63,747 nt of DNA, filler included, from Octopus bimaculoides (GCF_001194135.2; 4 parts of 4 records of this genome joined end to end with filler, not necessarily neighbours in it), one strand, 5' to 3'. Shown: positions 25,030 through 38,831, numbered from the whole stretch's first letter. Numbers and translations: made by a program. Notes: generated by a model from the sequence alone, not told the origin.

Positions 25030-27183
25030 TAGTATTATTTTTATCACGTGCTTTCACTGCACTACTGAGCGCAGCTCTGTCTGCCTTGGGTATGTGCTGT
25101 GGTTTGTTGTGATGCTCTATTCGTTACTGTATTGAAAGTGTTTTACGCAGGATGTGTACGGTGCCTAGTAGTGCTACTTTCTGTAGGTTATATATACTTG
25201 TTAGTCCTGGTGTTTTTGTTATATATTTGTCTGAGTATTTTTTTTATTATACCTAAGGCACCTACTATGATAGGAATTGTTTCTGTTTTTAGACTCTAAA
25301 TTCGAGTTACCTCAATTTCCAGATCGTTGTATTTTGAAAGCCTCTCCAATTTTTTTAGAGAAATGTGTCATCTGTTGGTATTGATACATCGAGTAGAAAG
25401 CACATTTTTTTATCTTGATGGCCTATGATAACTATATCCGGCCTATTAGCCTTAATTTTTCTATCTGTGTGTATTGGCATATCCCATAGTGTGGTTGCTT
25501 TCTCATTTTCTGTGACCTTTCCTAATGTGTGCCTACACCATCTGTTTTTTTTTTCTGTTGTTATTCCATAATGTTGGCTTAACTTCCAGTGTCTATGAAT
25601 ATATACCTTCTTAGCCAGGACTGGGCAGCCAGAGACAATATGGTTTATTGCTTCTTGTCATCTCCACAGTTACTTGTGGAGTTACTTGTTATGTTTCTTT
25701 TCATTACATGTTTTTGGTAATTTCTAGTGAGGAGGCTTTGGTCTTGTGCTGCTATTAAAAATCCTTCAGTGTCCTCTTTGAGTCCTGAGCTTCTCAGCCA
25801 TTACTGGGATTTCGCTTTGCCTATTTCTTTTGCGTTTAGTTTAATCCAGTATTTGCCATGAAGGGGCTTTTCTTGCCATCGTTTTATCATGTTCCGTTGC
25901 TGTTCCAGTTTTAGTTTGGATTTCAGTTGTTTTACAGCTTTTGTTGTTTCTTCTTTTTCTTCATAGTTGTTGAGAACAGTGACTTCGTTTTTGTATTTGT
26001 CAACTTCCTTAAATACTGAAAACAGTATTTTTGTTTTGTTCGTGTTTTGTGGCTATTTGTATTAATTTTCCATGCTTCTGAAGTAGGTATTTTTGTAATC
26101 CTATGGTGGTTATCTTGTAGCTGTATAAAGCCTCTACCTCCTTCGATACGTTATATATATATAACCTTTCTATGTCAGATTTTGGGTGATGCATCCTAAA
26201 TCCTGTCATTATTTTTCTTGCTTTCTTGTCAATTTTGATTAGTTCATTTAAAGTCCAATTAAGAATATTGTAGCTGTAACTTATAAATGGGACGGCTGGA
26301 GTGTTGGTACCTATTATCTTGCTTTTCGCATTGAGCTCTGTTTTCAGTATTAATCTAACTCGTCAATAGTATTTTTTTTTTAGTTTTTCTTTCATTTGTG
26401 TATTGTATCTATTTCATTGACTCCCAAGTATTTGTATGTCTGGCTTTGATCTAATTGACTTATTTCGTTTGCTTTACATAGTGTGATGTTGCTACTCTGA
26501 ACTAGTTTTCCTCTTTTCAAGGTTGCTTTGGCACATTTTTCTAAGCCAAATTTCATGTTTATTTCTTTGGTAATTCCATGTACTCTCTGTAGTAATGTTT
26601 CCAGCTGTTTATCATTTGTAGCATACTCTTTTAGATCATCCATATATAAGAGGTGGCTAATTGTTTTGCCGTAACAGTTGTATCCACATCTAGTTCTGTT
26701 TAGCATGTCAGATAAAGGTGTCAGTGTCAAGCAGAAAAGGAGTGGAGAGACCGTGTCTCCCTGGAATATTCCTCTCCTAATGGGGATGGCTTTGGTTTTT
26801 ATGAGTCCCTCTTTTGTCTGGAGCTGTAGCACTATCTGCCGTTTATTCATGGAATGTTTTATATATTTTATGATTATTGGTGCTACCTTGTTCATGGCTA
26901 GAGTTTCTAGGATCCATGTTTGGGGAATATTATCAAAAGCTTTTCGGTAATCGATCCAGGCCATACTTTGACCCTTTTTCTTTCGGGCTTTATTGATATG
27001 TAGCCGATCTTTACGGCCGTATGAGCCCTTGCAGCATCCCTTCTGCTCTTCTGGAAACAGGTTATTTTCTTGCAGATGCTTGCTCATTCTCTGCGATAGT
27101 ATTGCAGTAAAGGCTTTGTAAATTGTAGGGAGACAAATTATCGGTCTTGTCAATTGTTGGGAGGTTATGTAAATTGTAGGGAG

Positions 27184-27184
<1 letters not shown>
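25027..27184 (-). mobile_element. R4/Dong-clade non-LTR retrotransposon, 5'-truncated, embedded in (TAA)n
   Basis: RT ORF at 26392-27153. Downstream restriction-like endonuclease motifs LWDMPIHTDRKIKANRPDIV...DVSIP...KY.DLEIEV...TIPIIVGALG. (TTA)n tracts on both sides (24946-25026 and 27185-27260). Confidence 0.92.
26392..27153 (-). pseudogene. Reverse transcriptase domain of the R4/Dong LINE (253 aa open)
   Basis: RPIICLPTIYK, EEQKG, AWIDYRKAFD, GIFQGDTVSPLLF, HLLYMDDLK, FGLEKC and YKYLG motifs. Confidence 0.95.
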
Positions 27185-27275
<91 letters not shown>

Positions 27276-28264
27276 TTTTTATTTTACCGTTTAAATTTAG
27301 TAGAGCCCAAACACATGAGGTGGCACCACTACCCGTGATACATTGAGAGACTATCCTAGTTGCTGGTACGTTTAGCTGCTTGTGCATGTCGTTGGTATAG
27401 ACCCAGCTAAAACATGTTTCAGACGTACATTTGTTGTTGTTGCTGCTGCTTTTGTTGCTAAACCTTGAGTGAGCAAACCTTACGATCAAAAGCAGTTTTT
27501 AACTTTGTCCTTCCTTTCTTATGACAATGTGGCGTAATTTAAGAGAGATGAAGCTGTTATTTGTAGCAAGACAAGCAAACGCGTAGATGATACCTTGTTG
27601 GCTACTAATTCTACATCGGTTGGTTGACGAAATGTGCTCATGGCTGGTTTATGGGAAGGACAAATGACAGAGACTGAGAAAAGGACATCTATTACTTCGT
27701 TTAGTCTTGAGTAATGGATGGTACTCATGGCCGTCGCAGGCCCTCAGAGACCTCTGCTTAGAAAGGTAGGGTTAATATTCTTTTTGATCGAAGCAATTAC
27801 GAATTTCCTTGATTTAAGACTACAGTAAAAACATGGACAAAAAATAGTAGGATGATGTTCTGGAGTAGAAGTATAGGATGAACTAGAAGATGTATAATTT
27901 TAAAAAGGATCGATAATGTCAACGGCTGAGCAAGTAAATAAAATGAATGAATTTCACTACACAATTGGCCATGCTTTGGTTCCATGGCAGTTGAAACCAG
28001 ACCTCTGCTAATACATTATCGAAAAGCATGAGCTTCCCACTATCTCATTGTTATCTCATTGTTTGTTTACCGTACAATTTTGTGTGTTTGATTCAGTTGA
28101 AAGGAACCACTTTTACAATATTTAAAAAAATGTACCGCGAGTTGATGTCTTCTTAAATAAAAGACGAATTTTTAATTGGAAACCATTTTCTAGTAATATT
28201 CTATTGAGTTAACTTTTGTTAATTACAGGTTCTTATTTTGTCGAATTTGGATTTAGCATATGGA

Positions 28265-28500
28265 CGACATATAGGTTTCAAATTTTGGCACAAGGCCAGC
28301 AATTTCGAAATTTCGAGGGAGGAGTTAAGTCGATTACATCGATCCCAATGTTCAACTGGTACTTATTTTATCAAACCCGAAAGGATGAAAGACAAAGTAG
28401 ACCTGGACGGAATTTGCACTTAGAACATAAAAGTGGACGAAATACCGCTAAGCATTTTGCCCGGGTTGCCAACGATTTTTCCAGCTCGTTCGCTGCCTTA
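28265..28500 (-). mobile_element. SINE family B
   Basis: Full head-to-tail similarity with the other family B copies. Confidence 0.8.
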
Positions 28501-29361
28501 GCATATAGACAATGCATTGGCAGATAATAAAAGAAAAGAAATGAGTGAAAACAATTTGTTGTAATATTAACTAGGTATTTTCAACAGAAACGTATGGTTA
28601 TATAAGCGATATGTTGTTTTATTTAGCTCCAGCTCAGCAGTGATTGAATATACGTATGGTCAAAGGCGTTCCAGTCATGATCATGCCGTTTTTCATTCAG
28701 TGCATCTAAGATTACATTATTCGATGTGAACAGTATCTGAGCAAAGAAGGAAGGTGTGATTTATTAGAAATAGTAGGCCGTTCTCACACGGCCTATTATT
28801 TCTAGCAGACCTTGTGCGTAAGGAGGAGCTGCCTAGTTTGCCAGTACATAAGAGATATGCTCATATAAGAGGTGTGTCAGATAATATAAGAGATAATCTT
28901 CTGCTATACTATCATGTCGACTTTTCACACCAACGAATAGTTGAAGATCGCAGAGCAAGAGGTCATGCTATAAGTTGACAGAAGGCGTTGAGATTTTACC
29001 TCATTCAATATCAAATTACTTCTAAATTGTTTGTCATTCATTTCCTTCTGTGCATTCTAGCTTCTACTGGAATTAACACCAGAGATGAACTAAAATTCAT
29101 TCAATCGGTTAGTCAAAAGTTAATGAACTAATCTGTTGGGTGGAATACCCAGGAAATTTTGCTGCGCATAAAAAGTCAATCAAGGATTAATAACTAGAGT
29201 AATGTTGTGAGCAAAGAAGGTTTAAAGTTAGAAGGTTTGTTTTATGTCATGTTTATATTTATTAATTCGAGAATGTTCCTAAAACATAGGAAGAATAAAA
29301 GATTACGTATATTAACTCTTACTTCTGTTTATTATAGCAAATCAGTGATATAATGAATAAA

Positions 29362-29540
29362 TATTGGTTTCAAATTTTGGAACAAGGCCAGTAATTTGTT
29401 GGTGGTGGTGGGGCTATGTCAATTACACCGTCCCCAGTGTTCAAGTTGTACTTATTTTATCGAACCCCGTCGGAATTTGAACTCAGAACGTAAAGACGGA
29501 TGAAATGTCGATAAGCATCTCGCCAGCTCGCCGCCATATA
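29362..29540 (-). mobile_element. SINE family B
   Basis: Same family; internal deletion. Confidence 0.75.
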
Positions 29541-29579
29541 ATAAATAAATATTGTCTATTGATACCTTCTACCTTTTAT

Positions 29580-30262
<683 letters not shown>

Positions 30263-30264
30263 GG

Positions 30265-31450
30265 GTTCATCCTACATACAACACAATTGTACTCCGTAGA
30301 GGGGGACTTATCAAAGGGATAGGTATTGCAGGTCAGGGACTTTAAAGGGGAACTAGACCTCTCTACTATTTTAATTCATAGATTAGCATTACTTAATGCT
30401 TTTCTAAAAAGTGTGCTAGCTCGCCGCCAGGGGTAGCATCGACGAACATGACACTCTGGTATTTTTTGTTGTCACACCAAGTGTTGACTTATTTATCTTA
30501 TTACTGGTCCTGTCCATGCTGTTCCAGGATTTACTCCTGAACAGCGGTCAGATTTCCTTATTATTACTCTCTATGATGGCTTTGTCCTTAGTCCTGTCTC
30601 CTTAGTACACTCTAATCCTGTCCCTTTGGTTGTAGCCAGAGGATTGCATGCGGTGGATGAAGTGTTGTATATGTCTTTCCAATCCCATAGGGTCGCACAT
30701 GCGAGACACATTCCTCATCACTCTCACCAAGTCTGCTATCAGAATGTTGAAATTGGCGTTGTCCACAATCACTGCGTTCTTGTGAACAAGGTACTTAGAG
30801 GCCATGGGTTTGGCATAATGAGAGTGAAGGATCTGGGCCTTACCGTTCTTCGTTTCTAGCCAGGGTTCAGTGTCTAAAACAAGTAATCTATAGTTAGGGT
30901 GCTTACTAGGGTAGTCTATCGTTATTTCTATACTTTGGTGGATGGAGTTTGCTATTTGCTGGATGCTCTCTATAGTGTTAGCTTATATATCATCCACATT
31001 GTCTTGCAGGGGTGCTCTGGCTACTATGTTGATATCATCCACGTTGCGGGAGTTCATGGTTAGGTTTATGGAGTTCTCTGCTAATTTCTCTTTATGTCTC
31101 CTATCCCACCATACCATAAATAGGTTAGCCACATCGCCAGCAATACTGACACCGATGGCTGCACCTTTCTCTTGGGCGTATATTTTATTATTAAACTTAA
31201 ATATATAGCCGTTGAGAGTGTGGTCTTGGTATTCGCATCCACTGCATTTGCGACCATCTTTTTAACCTGATCATTATTTTCGGAGGTCCGTATAGCTCTG
31301 GTTCACCCGTTCCATCTCTCTTTATGGTCTTCTTGGTCATAGAAGTTATAGTGGGAAGAAGGAGATCTACTTCTTATCTATCTAGTGGGACAGAAACAAC
31401 TAAGGTCATGCTTATCTAAGTAATCATTGTCGTATGTCAGTCTCAACAAA
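30265..31450 (-). pseudogene. Penelope-like element (PLE) RT plus linker, decayed
   Basis: Minus-strand translation: YIFKFNNKIYAQEKGAAIGVSIAGDVANLFMVWWD...RNVDDINIV...LLVLDTE...HSHYAKPMASKYLVHKNA...RMQSSGY...PLFRSKSWN...SVMFVDATPGGELA...IKIVERS...NCVVC. It ends before a GIY-YIG domain. Confidence 0.85.
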
Positions 31451-32215
31451 TGTCGCGGTTTCACTTTCTCTTCTCTTTCAATTTCTGCTCTCTTCAAAGT
31501 ATAAGGAAATAAAATAATTTTTTGGAAATTAACGAAAACTGAGTTGCCAGTTTCGACGTATGGGGTATCAAAAGATTCAGCAATCTTTCGACTAACAATT
31601 AAACTTTATTTTCATTTACATATATGCATTACAAAAATTTGACATTATAATCTTTCTATAATTCAGCTATCCTAAATGATATTTTATACCATGATGACGA
31701 CGACGTCACATTTTCTATATGAGTATGTACCTTAACAGACATCTATTTCTCTATATTTTATGAGGAAATACAGTCAGTCACTTTTTCTTTCACATGCACT
31801 CGCACACATACATACAAAAAACATGTATGTATATGTATTTATGTACGTGTATATGAAAGATGTGTTGGTGAGAGAGAGAGAGAAAGAGAGAAAAACAGAG
31901 TGAGTGAGTGCCACTTACACATACAAGCAAATAAGTACATACATGACAACACGCACCTTCACTAACTCCCTCTCTCTCTCTCACATACACATACACACAT
32001 ACACACACACACACGCACACATGCACATGCAAACACACACACATACACGACCATTTCATATACACGTACATATATCTTTCACTTCCTCCTTTCTTTTTCT
32101 GCTCAAGTTCCCTGCNNNNNNNNNNNNNNNNNNNNNNNNNNNNNNNNNNNNNNNNNNNNTTAATTAATTAANNNNNNNNNNNNNNNNNNNNNNNNNNNNN
32201 NNNNNNNNNNNNNNN

Positions 32216-32348
32216 GGTACTTAATTTATCGACCCAGTAAGGATGAAAGGCAAAGTCGACCTCGGCGGAATTTGAACTCAGAACGTAAAGCCAGACGAAA
32301 TACTGCTAAGCATTTTGCCCAGCGTGCTAACGTTTCTGCCAGCTCACC
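32216..32348 (-). mobile_element. SINE family B (partial, next to a gap)
   Basis: GGTACTTAATTTATCGACCC...GCTAACGTTTCTGCCAGCTC. Confidence 0.8.
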
Positions 32349-32351
32349 CTA

Positions 32352-32407
<56 letters not shown>

Positions 32408-32659
32408 AATAATAATTAAAAACAGAAGAAGCTGAATTGATTCTTCGCAAGGCCAAGCTCAGTGCTCTCATTGATCGCTAGTAGTAGTAGTAGTAGTAGT
32501 AAACACATTTGACCTCTGCTGACAGGAATACGAAGCCCCATTGTTGATCTCCTTCTCACCATCTGCCGAACCTATTTACAGACCTGTAGAATTGGGTCTA
32601 TTCACCAAGCTGCTTCTCTTCCTCTTACTATATCCTCCAACCCTCACATATTTATAATA

Positions 32660-33120
32660 ATCTCAAGTACAAGACAAAAGTCGAAACTAAGCAAGTAGTA
32701 GGAACAAAGATGGTACCTGAAGACGATTACAACACCAGTGATTGTAGGAGCACTTGGAATGATCAAAAAAGGAACTGAAAGTTATTTAAGAATGATCCCT
32801 GGATTAACATCCATGCAAGAGGTACAAAAGATTGCATTAACTGTTACGTTACACGTATTGAGAAGAGTATTGTCGCTGTGAATTTTCTTTCCTTTTTTGC
32901 CTTTTTTCTTTGTTTACTTTTATATTTTTCATTTTTACTCTGTCTTTCTTCTCCGTTTTTATCACATGACTTTGTAAATGAAAAACCTGGTGTGATTATT
33001 TTAATGGCCTACAAATGTATACAGTGCGTTTCTCTGCCCTGGGTGGCAGGAAAGCACTCGACAAGAAAAGGAAACAGAATTGAAAGAAGTTGATAATGAA
33101 AGTGATAATAATAATAATAA
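32660..33120 (+). mobile_element. R4/Dong LINE 3' end with (TAA)n tail
   Basis: Translation KTITTPVIVGALGMIKKGTESYLRMIPGLTSMQEVQKIALTVTLHVLRRVLSL*, then a 3'UTR ending CACTCGACAAGAAAAGGAAACAGAATTGAAAGAAG and (TAA)n. Confidence 0.85.
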
Positions 33121-33947
33121 TGATAATAATAACAACAATAATAATAATAATAATGATGATGATGATGATAATAATAATAATAATAATTAACAGAACCCAT
33201 AACAAAACCAAGTAAAAGAACGGTGGACTGATAATCATAAATACTATAAATAATTGATTTAGNNNNNNNNNNNNNNNNNNNNNNNNNNNNNNNNNNNNNN
33301 NNNNNNNNNNNNNNNNNNNNNNNNNNNNNNNNNNNNNNNNNNNNNNNNNNNNNNNNNNNNNNNNNNNNNNNNNNNNNNNNNNNNNNNNNNNNNNNNNNNN
33401 NNNNNNNNNNNNNNNNNNNNNNNNNNNNNNNNNNNNNNNNNNNNNNNNNNNNNNNNNNNNNNNNNNNNNNNNNNNNNNNNNNNNNNNNNNNNNNNNNNNN
33501 NNNNNNNNNNNNNNNNNNNNNNNNNNNNNNNNNNNNNNNNNNNNNNNNNNNNNNNNNNNNNNNNNNNNNNNNNNNNNNNNNNNNNNNNNNNNNNNNNNNN
33601 NNNNNNNNNNNNNNNNNNNNNNNNNNNNNNNNNNNNNNNNNNNNNNNNNNNNNNNNNNNNNNNNNNNNNNNNNNNNNNNNNNNNNNNNNNNNNNNNNNNN
33701 NNNNNNNNNNNNNNNNNNNNNNNNNNNNNNNNNNNNNNNNNNNNNNNNNNNNNNNNNNNNNNNNNNNNNNNNNNNNNNNNNNNNNNNNNNNNNNNNNNNN
33801 NNNNNNNNNNNNNNNNNNNNNNNNNNNNNNNNNNNNNNNNNNNNNNNNNNNNNNNNNNNNNNNNNNNNNNNNNNNNNNNNNNNNNNNNNNNNNNNNNNNN
33901 NNNNNNNNNNNNNNNNNNNNNNNNNNNNNNNNNNNNNNNNNNNNNNN

Positions 33948-34667
33948 ATTAGTTGATCAAGCTGATGCTATTAGGAGAAGAAAGTGGATGACAGAATTGG
34001 AAGTAGAAGAGATCACAAGAAAAGAAAGAAAAGAAAGACCAGGCAGTGAGAAAGACAAACAACAGCAGAAGAGATATAACTGAAACCAAAGAAAAACCCA
34101 AAGGAAAAAATAATAATAGCACTACCAATAAGGAAGAGACTTCAACGACTTAAGGGATTTAAGTGAGGAAGATCAGAAGATTTTAGATGAGTTGCAGGAA
34201 GTAATGAGTAAGGAAAAGATCGCCAGAATTTAAAGATACCAAAAGAAGGAAGCTGCTAGAAATGACTAGGAAAGTAGATTCTGTTAACAGTAGGATAGAT
34301 ATTAAAAATATAGGAGACACTAACTGATTGATCCATGCAGGAGGGGTAGCAGTCACTAGAAGATTAGATATCTCACAGGGAAAGATTGAAAAAGAGCAAA
34401 TGGGGAAAAAGAGACTATAAAATGAAGTGAAGACTTTAAGACAAAATGTGAGTGGAATAGAAGCCTGGAAAACAAACAAGTTAGTACACAAGAGATACAA
34501 ATCTTGCCTCGAGAAAAGATACTTAGTCAAAGAGAAAGGATTTGGGACAATAATAGAAGAGTTGAAACAGCGTATCATAGCAGTAACAGGCAAGCTCTCC
34601 AGATATCAGAAAAGAATAGATCGGGAAGACACTCGGCAAGAAATGGAAACAAAACTGAAAGAAGGAA

Positions 34668-34668
<1 letters not shown>
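33948..34668 (+). mobile_element. R4/Dong LINE: N-terminal ORF region fused directly to the 3' terminal ~50 bp
   Basis: LVDQADAIRRRKWMTELEVEEI...EVKTLRQNVSGIEAWK...KEKGFGTIIEELKQRIIAVTGKLSRYQKRID, then CACTCGGCAAGAAATGGAAACAAAACTGAAAGAAG (matching the 33050-33090 terminus) and (TAA)n at 34669-34718. Confidence 0.8.
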
Positions 34669-34718
<50 letters not shown>

Positions 34719-34719
<1 letters not shown>

Positions 34720-37700
34720 TGTCATGTCACTTTTAGTGCTTTTGGTAACGCATAATCCGATACAACCTGTTTCATGGTCGGGCTGTGGGCGACCCAACGA
34801 AGTACTTGTTGGACACCATGTAAGACGGAAAACAAAGCCTGTTAAAGGATCATCGGTCATCCAAATAGAGTCAACGGCCATCTAACAATATAAGTCTTTA
34901 TGTACTTCGAGAATATACTGGAGATAGCAGCGCAGGATAACCAGCTTCAATGAAGCCAGACAAGTCTCTCGGAAATTTTGGATGGCAATCTGTACTGCTG
35001 AACCTCAATAGCGAAGGAGATTAAAATGGACAAAAAAGAACAACAAATTGTTGTTTGAATGTTATAGTAGGAATGAGCCAGAAAAAAGAGGCTGCAGGAA
35101 AAGGTTACTAGAACTCAGGAAAAAATATATCTATATGATGAGTTAAAGAAGGTGAGAGAACAAAGATTGGTTGATCAGATTAGACAAAGTAAAATCAGAA
35201 AGTGGTTTGAGAAGATGGAGCAAGCGAAGATTACAATCGAAGCGCGAAAGGAAGTGGTCCAGAAGAAATAGATGTAGAACAGGAGAATGTATAGAACTTG
35301 GACATGCAGGGAAGGAATCTATCATATATAGAGGACATTAGTGTACCTCTAACTAGAGAGTCGCCAGAAGAAATTAGCCCAGAAGTAGCTTCTCTTTGGA
35401 AGTAAAGTTCCACGAGGAAAGGAAAAGGTTGCCATCAATGAAATCATATGATAGAGTAAAGCTAAGATTAGAACTCACGAAAACGAATTTCTTGATGCAT
35501 GCCACTGTTTATATCTTCACAGAAAAGATAGGAATTTTGAGAGAAAAAAAGTGCAGAAAAACAAAGAACCATTCTGAAAAAGGAGAGTAAGAGAAAGCAG
35601 GATTTAAGTAAGATTTGAGAGTAAGGAGAGGTAATATGAGGCTCAATGAAAGAACATAATTATTGCACGAATAAGAAACACAACCTGGTGGATAAGGGCT
35701 CTCTATTTATGTCGGATATGTTAAATCAAAAGATCCAAGTGAGTAGAGTTAAGTTCAAAATGTACAAGAAAAGATGTCTACAGTTTATACAAAATTAACT
35801 GTAGACAGTTGCTGTTCTACGAGACTCTGGATAGAGAAGATAAGGAAGAAGCTGAGTTACTTGATCCCAAAGAAGTGACTTCGTTTTGGAGGAAGATTTG
35901 GCCAGAGAATGTCAAACACAACAACAGGGCACCCTGGCTCCACGAAGTGGAAGAAGAATTCAAAGGCATGGAGATACTGTAGGACATTATCATCACATTG
36001 GATGGTATTCAAGCCGGAGCTGGCACGATGAGAAAATGGAAGGTAACTGGTCCGACCTAGTTCAGGATGTTTTATTCAAGTTTTTGACGAATTTACATTC
36101 TTAACTACAAAAACTCCCACAAGGCTGAATACACCAAGGAATCGTACCAGAATGGATGGTCAAAAAGAAGAACTGTGTTGATTCAGAAGAATCCATCCAA
36201 GGGTGCTGTGGCAATAACTGTCATCCGATTGCTTGTTTCCTTATGATGTAGAAGCTTGTAACTGGGATAACAAGAAAGGAATTGTACCTCCATCTTGAAA
36301 GAAATGAACTGCTAGCGGATGAAAAGAAAGGGTGCAAGAAGGGATCACAAGGAACAAAGGATCAGTTGCTGATTGATAAGGCAATTCTTAGGAACTGCCG
36401 AAGAAGGTTGTCAAGCCAATCAACGGCTTGAGCTGATTATAAGATGGCATATAATATGGTTCCTCACCAATGGATTCTGAAATGCCTGGAGATGGTTGAG
36501 GTATCTAAAATTATGATATATTTATTCAAAAATAGTATGAGAAACTGGAAGATAGTTTTGACTGCAGGGGGAAGGGAAATTGGACCAGTCAACAAGAAAG
36601 GAATCTTTCAAGGAGACCCGGTATCACCCTTAATGTTTATTGTTTGTATGTTACCACTCTCCATGGTTGTGAGAAAGATGGGAACTGGTTACAAATTGCT
36701 GAAAAAACATGAGACCATCAACCACCTGCTGTTTATGGACGATTTGAAGTTTTACAGAGTTAGCAGGGGGTCAATTGGATTCCCCTGTTTAGTCCGTATG
36801 AATTTTCTTTCGGGACATCCAGATGGCATTTGGTCTAAAGAAATGCGCTGTTATTGAACTGAGGAGAGGGAGAAAAGTGGACAGCAGTGGAGTACAGCTT
36901 CCAAATGATGAGCTGATTAAAAAAAGTGAGCGGAAAGGGTTACAAGAATCTTGGTGCTTCACAATTAGGGCATATGATGAACACTAAGACAAAGGAGAAA
37001 AATTCTTCTGAATATACCAGAAGAGTTTAAAAGCTATGTAGATCTAAGCTGAATGGAAGGATTCTAAGCTGAACGTGTGGGCTGTAAGTATGTTACGTTA
37101 CTACACAGGAGTTGTGGAATGGACAAAGGAAGAACTTGTCAACAGGGATAGAAAAACAAGGAAAGTAATGGCTATGCATGGATGCCTTCATACTAGAAGT
37201 AACATAACAAGGCTTTACTTACCTGGGAAGGAAGGTGGAAAAGGACTGGTTGGAACAGAAGATAGTATAGTGAAGGCGATCAAGTCCTTGCATACCCATC
37301 TGAGGAACAGTGATGAAAGAATGTTGCCGGCTGCACTGAGTGGGAAAGTGATCAGTGCTGAAGGTGCGACCCTCCAGGAGCGCAATATGAGAACAGAAAT
37401 GGTCATTAATTGGAAAGAGAAAGGCCTACACAGAGAGTTTGACCAACAGACAATGGATGAAGCTGATGAAAAATCCTGGAGATGGTTAATATACGGGTTT
37501 TTTTAAGGAAGGAGACAGAAGGACTGATTCTTGCTACTTAAGAACAAGCTTTACGAACCAACTCAAGTGTAACAGTGATAAGACAGCAGTATCACCATTA
37601 TGTCTTTATGTAGACTATGTAGAAAATCATCTGAGACTGACATACAATTAGTGGATGCTCAAAACTGACCCAATAGGCGTACAAAAATGCCATGGCGAAA

Positions 37701-37835
37701 TGGCAGTGCGAATAAACTGGGAGTTGTGCAGGAAGTATGGGTTAGAATGCTTCAACATGTGGCAGAGAATGATCAGGCGAAACTTACATGGAATATGACA
37801 ATATATAACGACAAAAAGCTGCATCGACCAGAGGC
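34719..37835 (+). mobile_element. R4/Dong LINE with intact 5' leader, frameshifted ORF, truncated at the endonuclease RPD-type motif
   Basis: N-terminal ECYSRNEPEKRGCRKRLLEL...EQRLVDQIRQ; RT GIFQGDPVSPLMF and HLLFMDDLK; thumb WAVSMLRY...RLYLPGKEGGKGL; ETEGLILA; CRLC zinc knuckle; ends at KKLHRPE. Confidence 0.9.
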
Positions 37836-37882
37836 ATATGTTTTTATTGGGAACATGATCCTCTCAAAGTACAACAATATGT

Positions 37883-37923
<41 letters not shown>

Positions 37924-38416
37924 AACACACACACACATGTACACTATATCTATATATACATAAACACGCATACATGTATAAATATATATACATATACACA
38001 TATGCATACACACGCAGACACACACATATACTCACTTCCATTCAAAAATAAATACTCATATATATGCATGTATGTACATTTATAAATTTAAGAATATATA
38101 TGCATGTGTTTGTATACCTTCGAAACGCTGAGTAGATAAAACAGGGGAGAACTGATGAAGCGAATGTTTTTATGTTGCATGTCTCGTTTCTCTGTTTGTT
38201 TGTTTTCTTCGTTGTTCGAAAAAAAGTTTTGTTTTTTATGTTCTCGTTTCTCATTTTGTCTACGTTTTTTTTTATATCCTGTACCTATATAAGCATGTAT
38301 ATATACATGTATATGTAGGTATGTACATATATGTATATATATATATATATGCATATATTTCTATATAATTTATATTATTATATGATCGAACGCCACGCGT
38401 CCTTTTCCAAGTAAGT

Positions 38417-38455
<39 letters not shown>

Positions 38456-38519
38456 NNNNNNNNNNTGTGTGTATGTGTGTGTATGTGTGTGTGTCTGTGT
38501 GTATGTGTGTGTATGTTTG

Positions 38520-38705
38520 TGTGTCTGTGTTTGTCCCCCACCATCGCTTGTCAACCGATGTTGGTGTGTCCCCGTAGCTTAGCGGTTCGGCAAAAGAGAC
38601 CGATAGAATAAGTACTAGGCTTACAAAGAATAAGTCCTGGTCTCGATTTGTTCGACTAAAGGCGGTGCTCTAGCATGGCCGCAGTCAAATGACTGAAACA
38701 AAGAA
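38520..38705 (+). mobile_element. SINE family A 3' half
   Basis: CCCCACCATCGCTTGTCAACCGATG...GCATGGCCGCAGTCAAATGACTGAAAC. Confidence 0.8.
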
Positions 38706-38743
38706 AAGAATAAAAGAATATATATATATCTGTGTGTGTGTGT

Positions 38744-38831
<88 letters not shown>

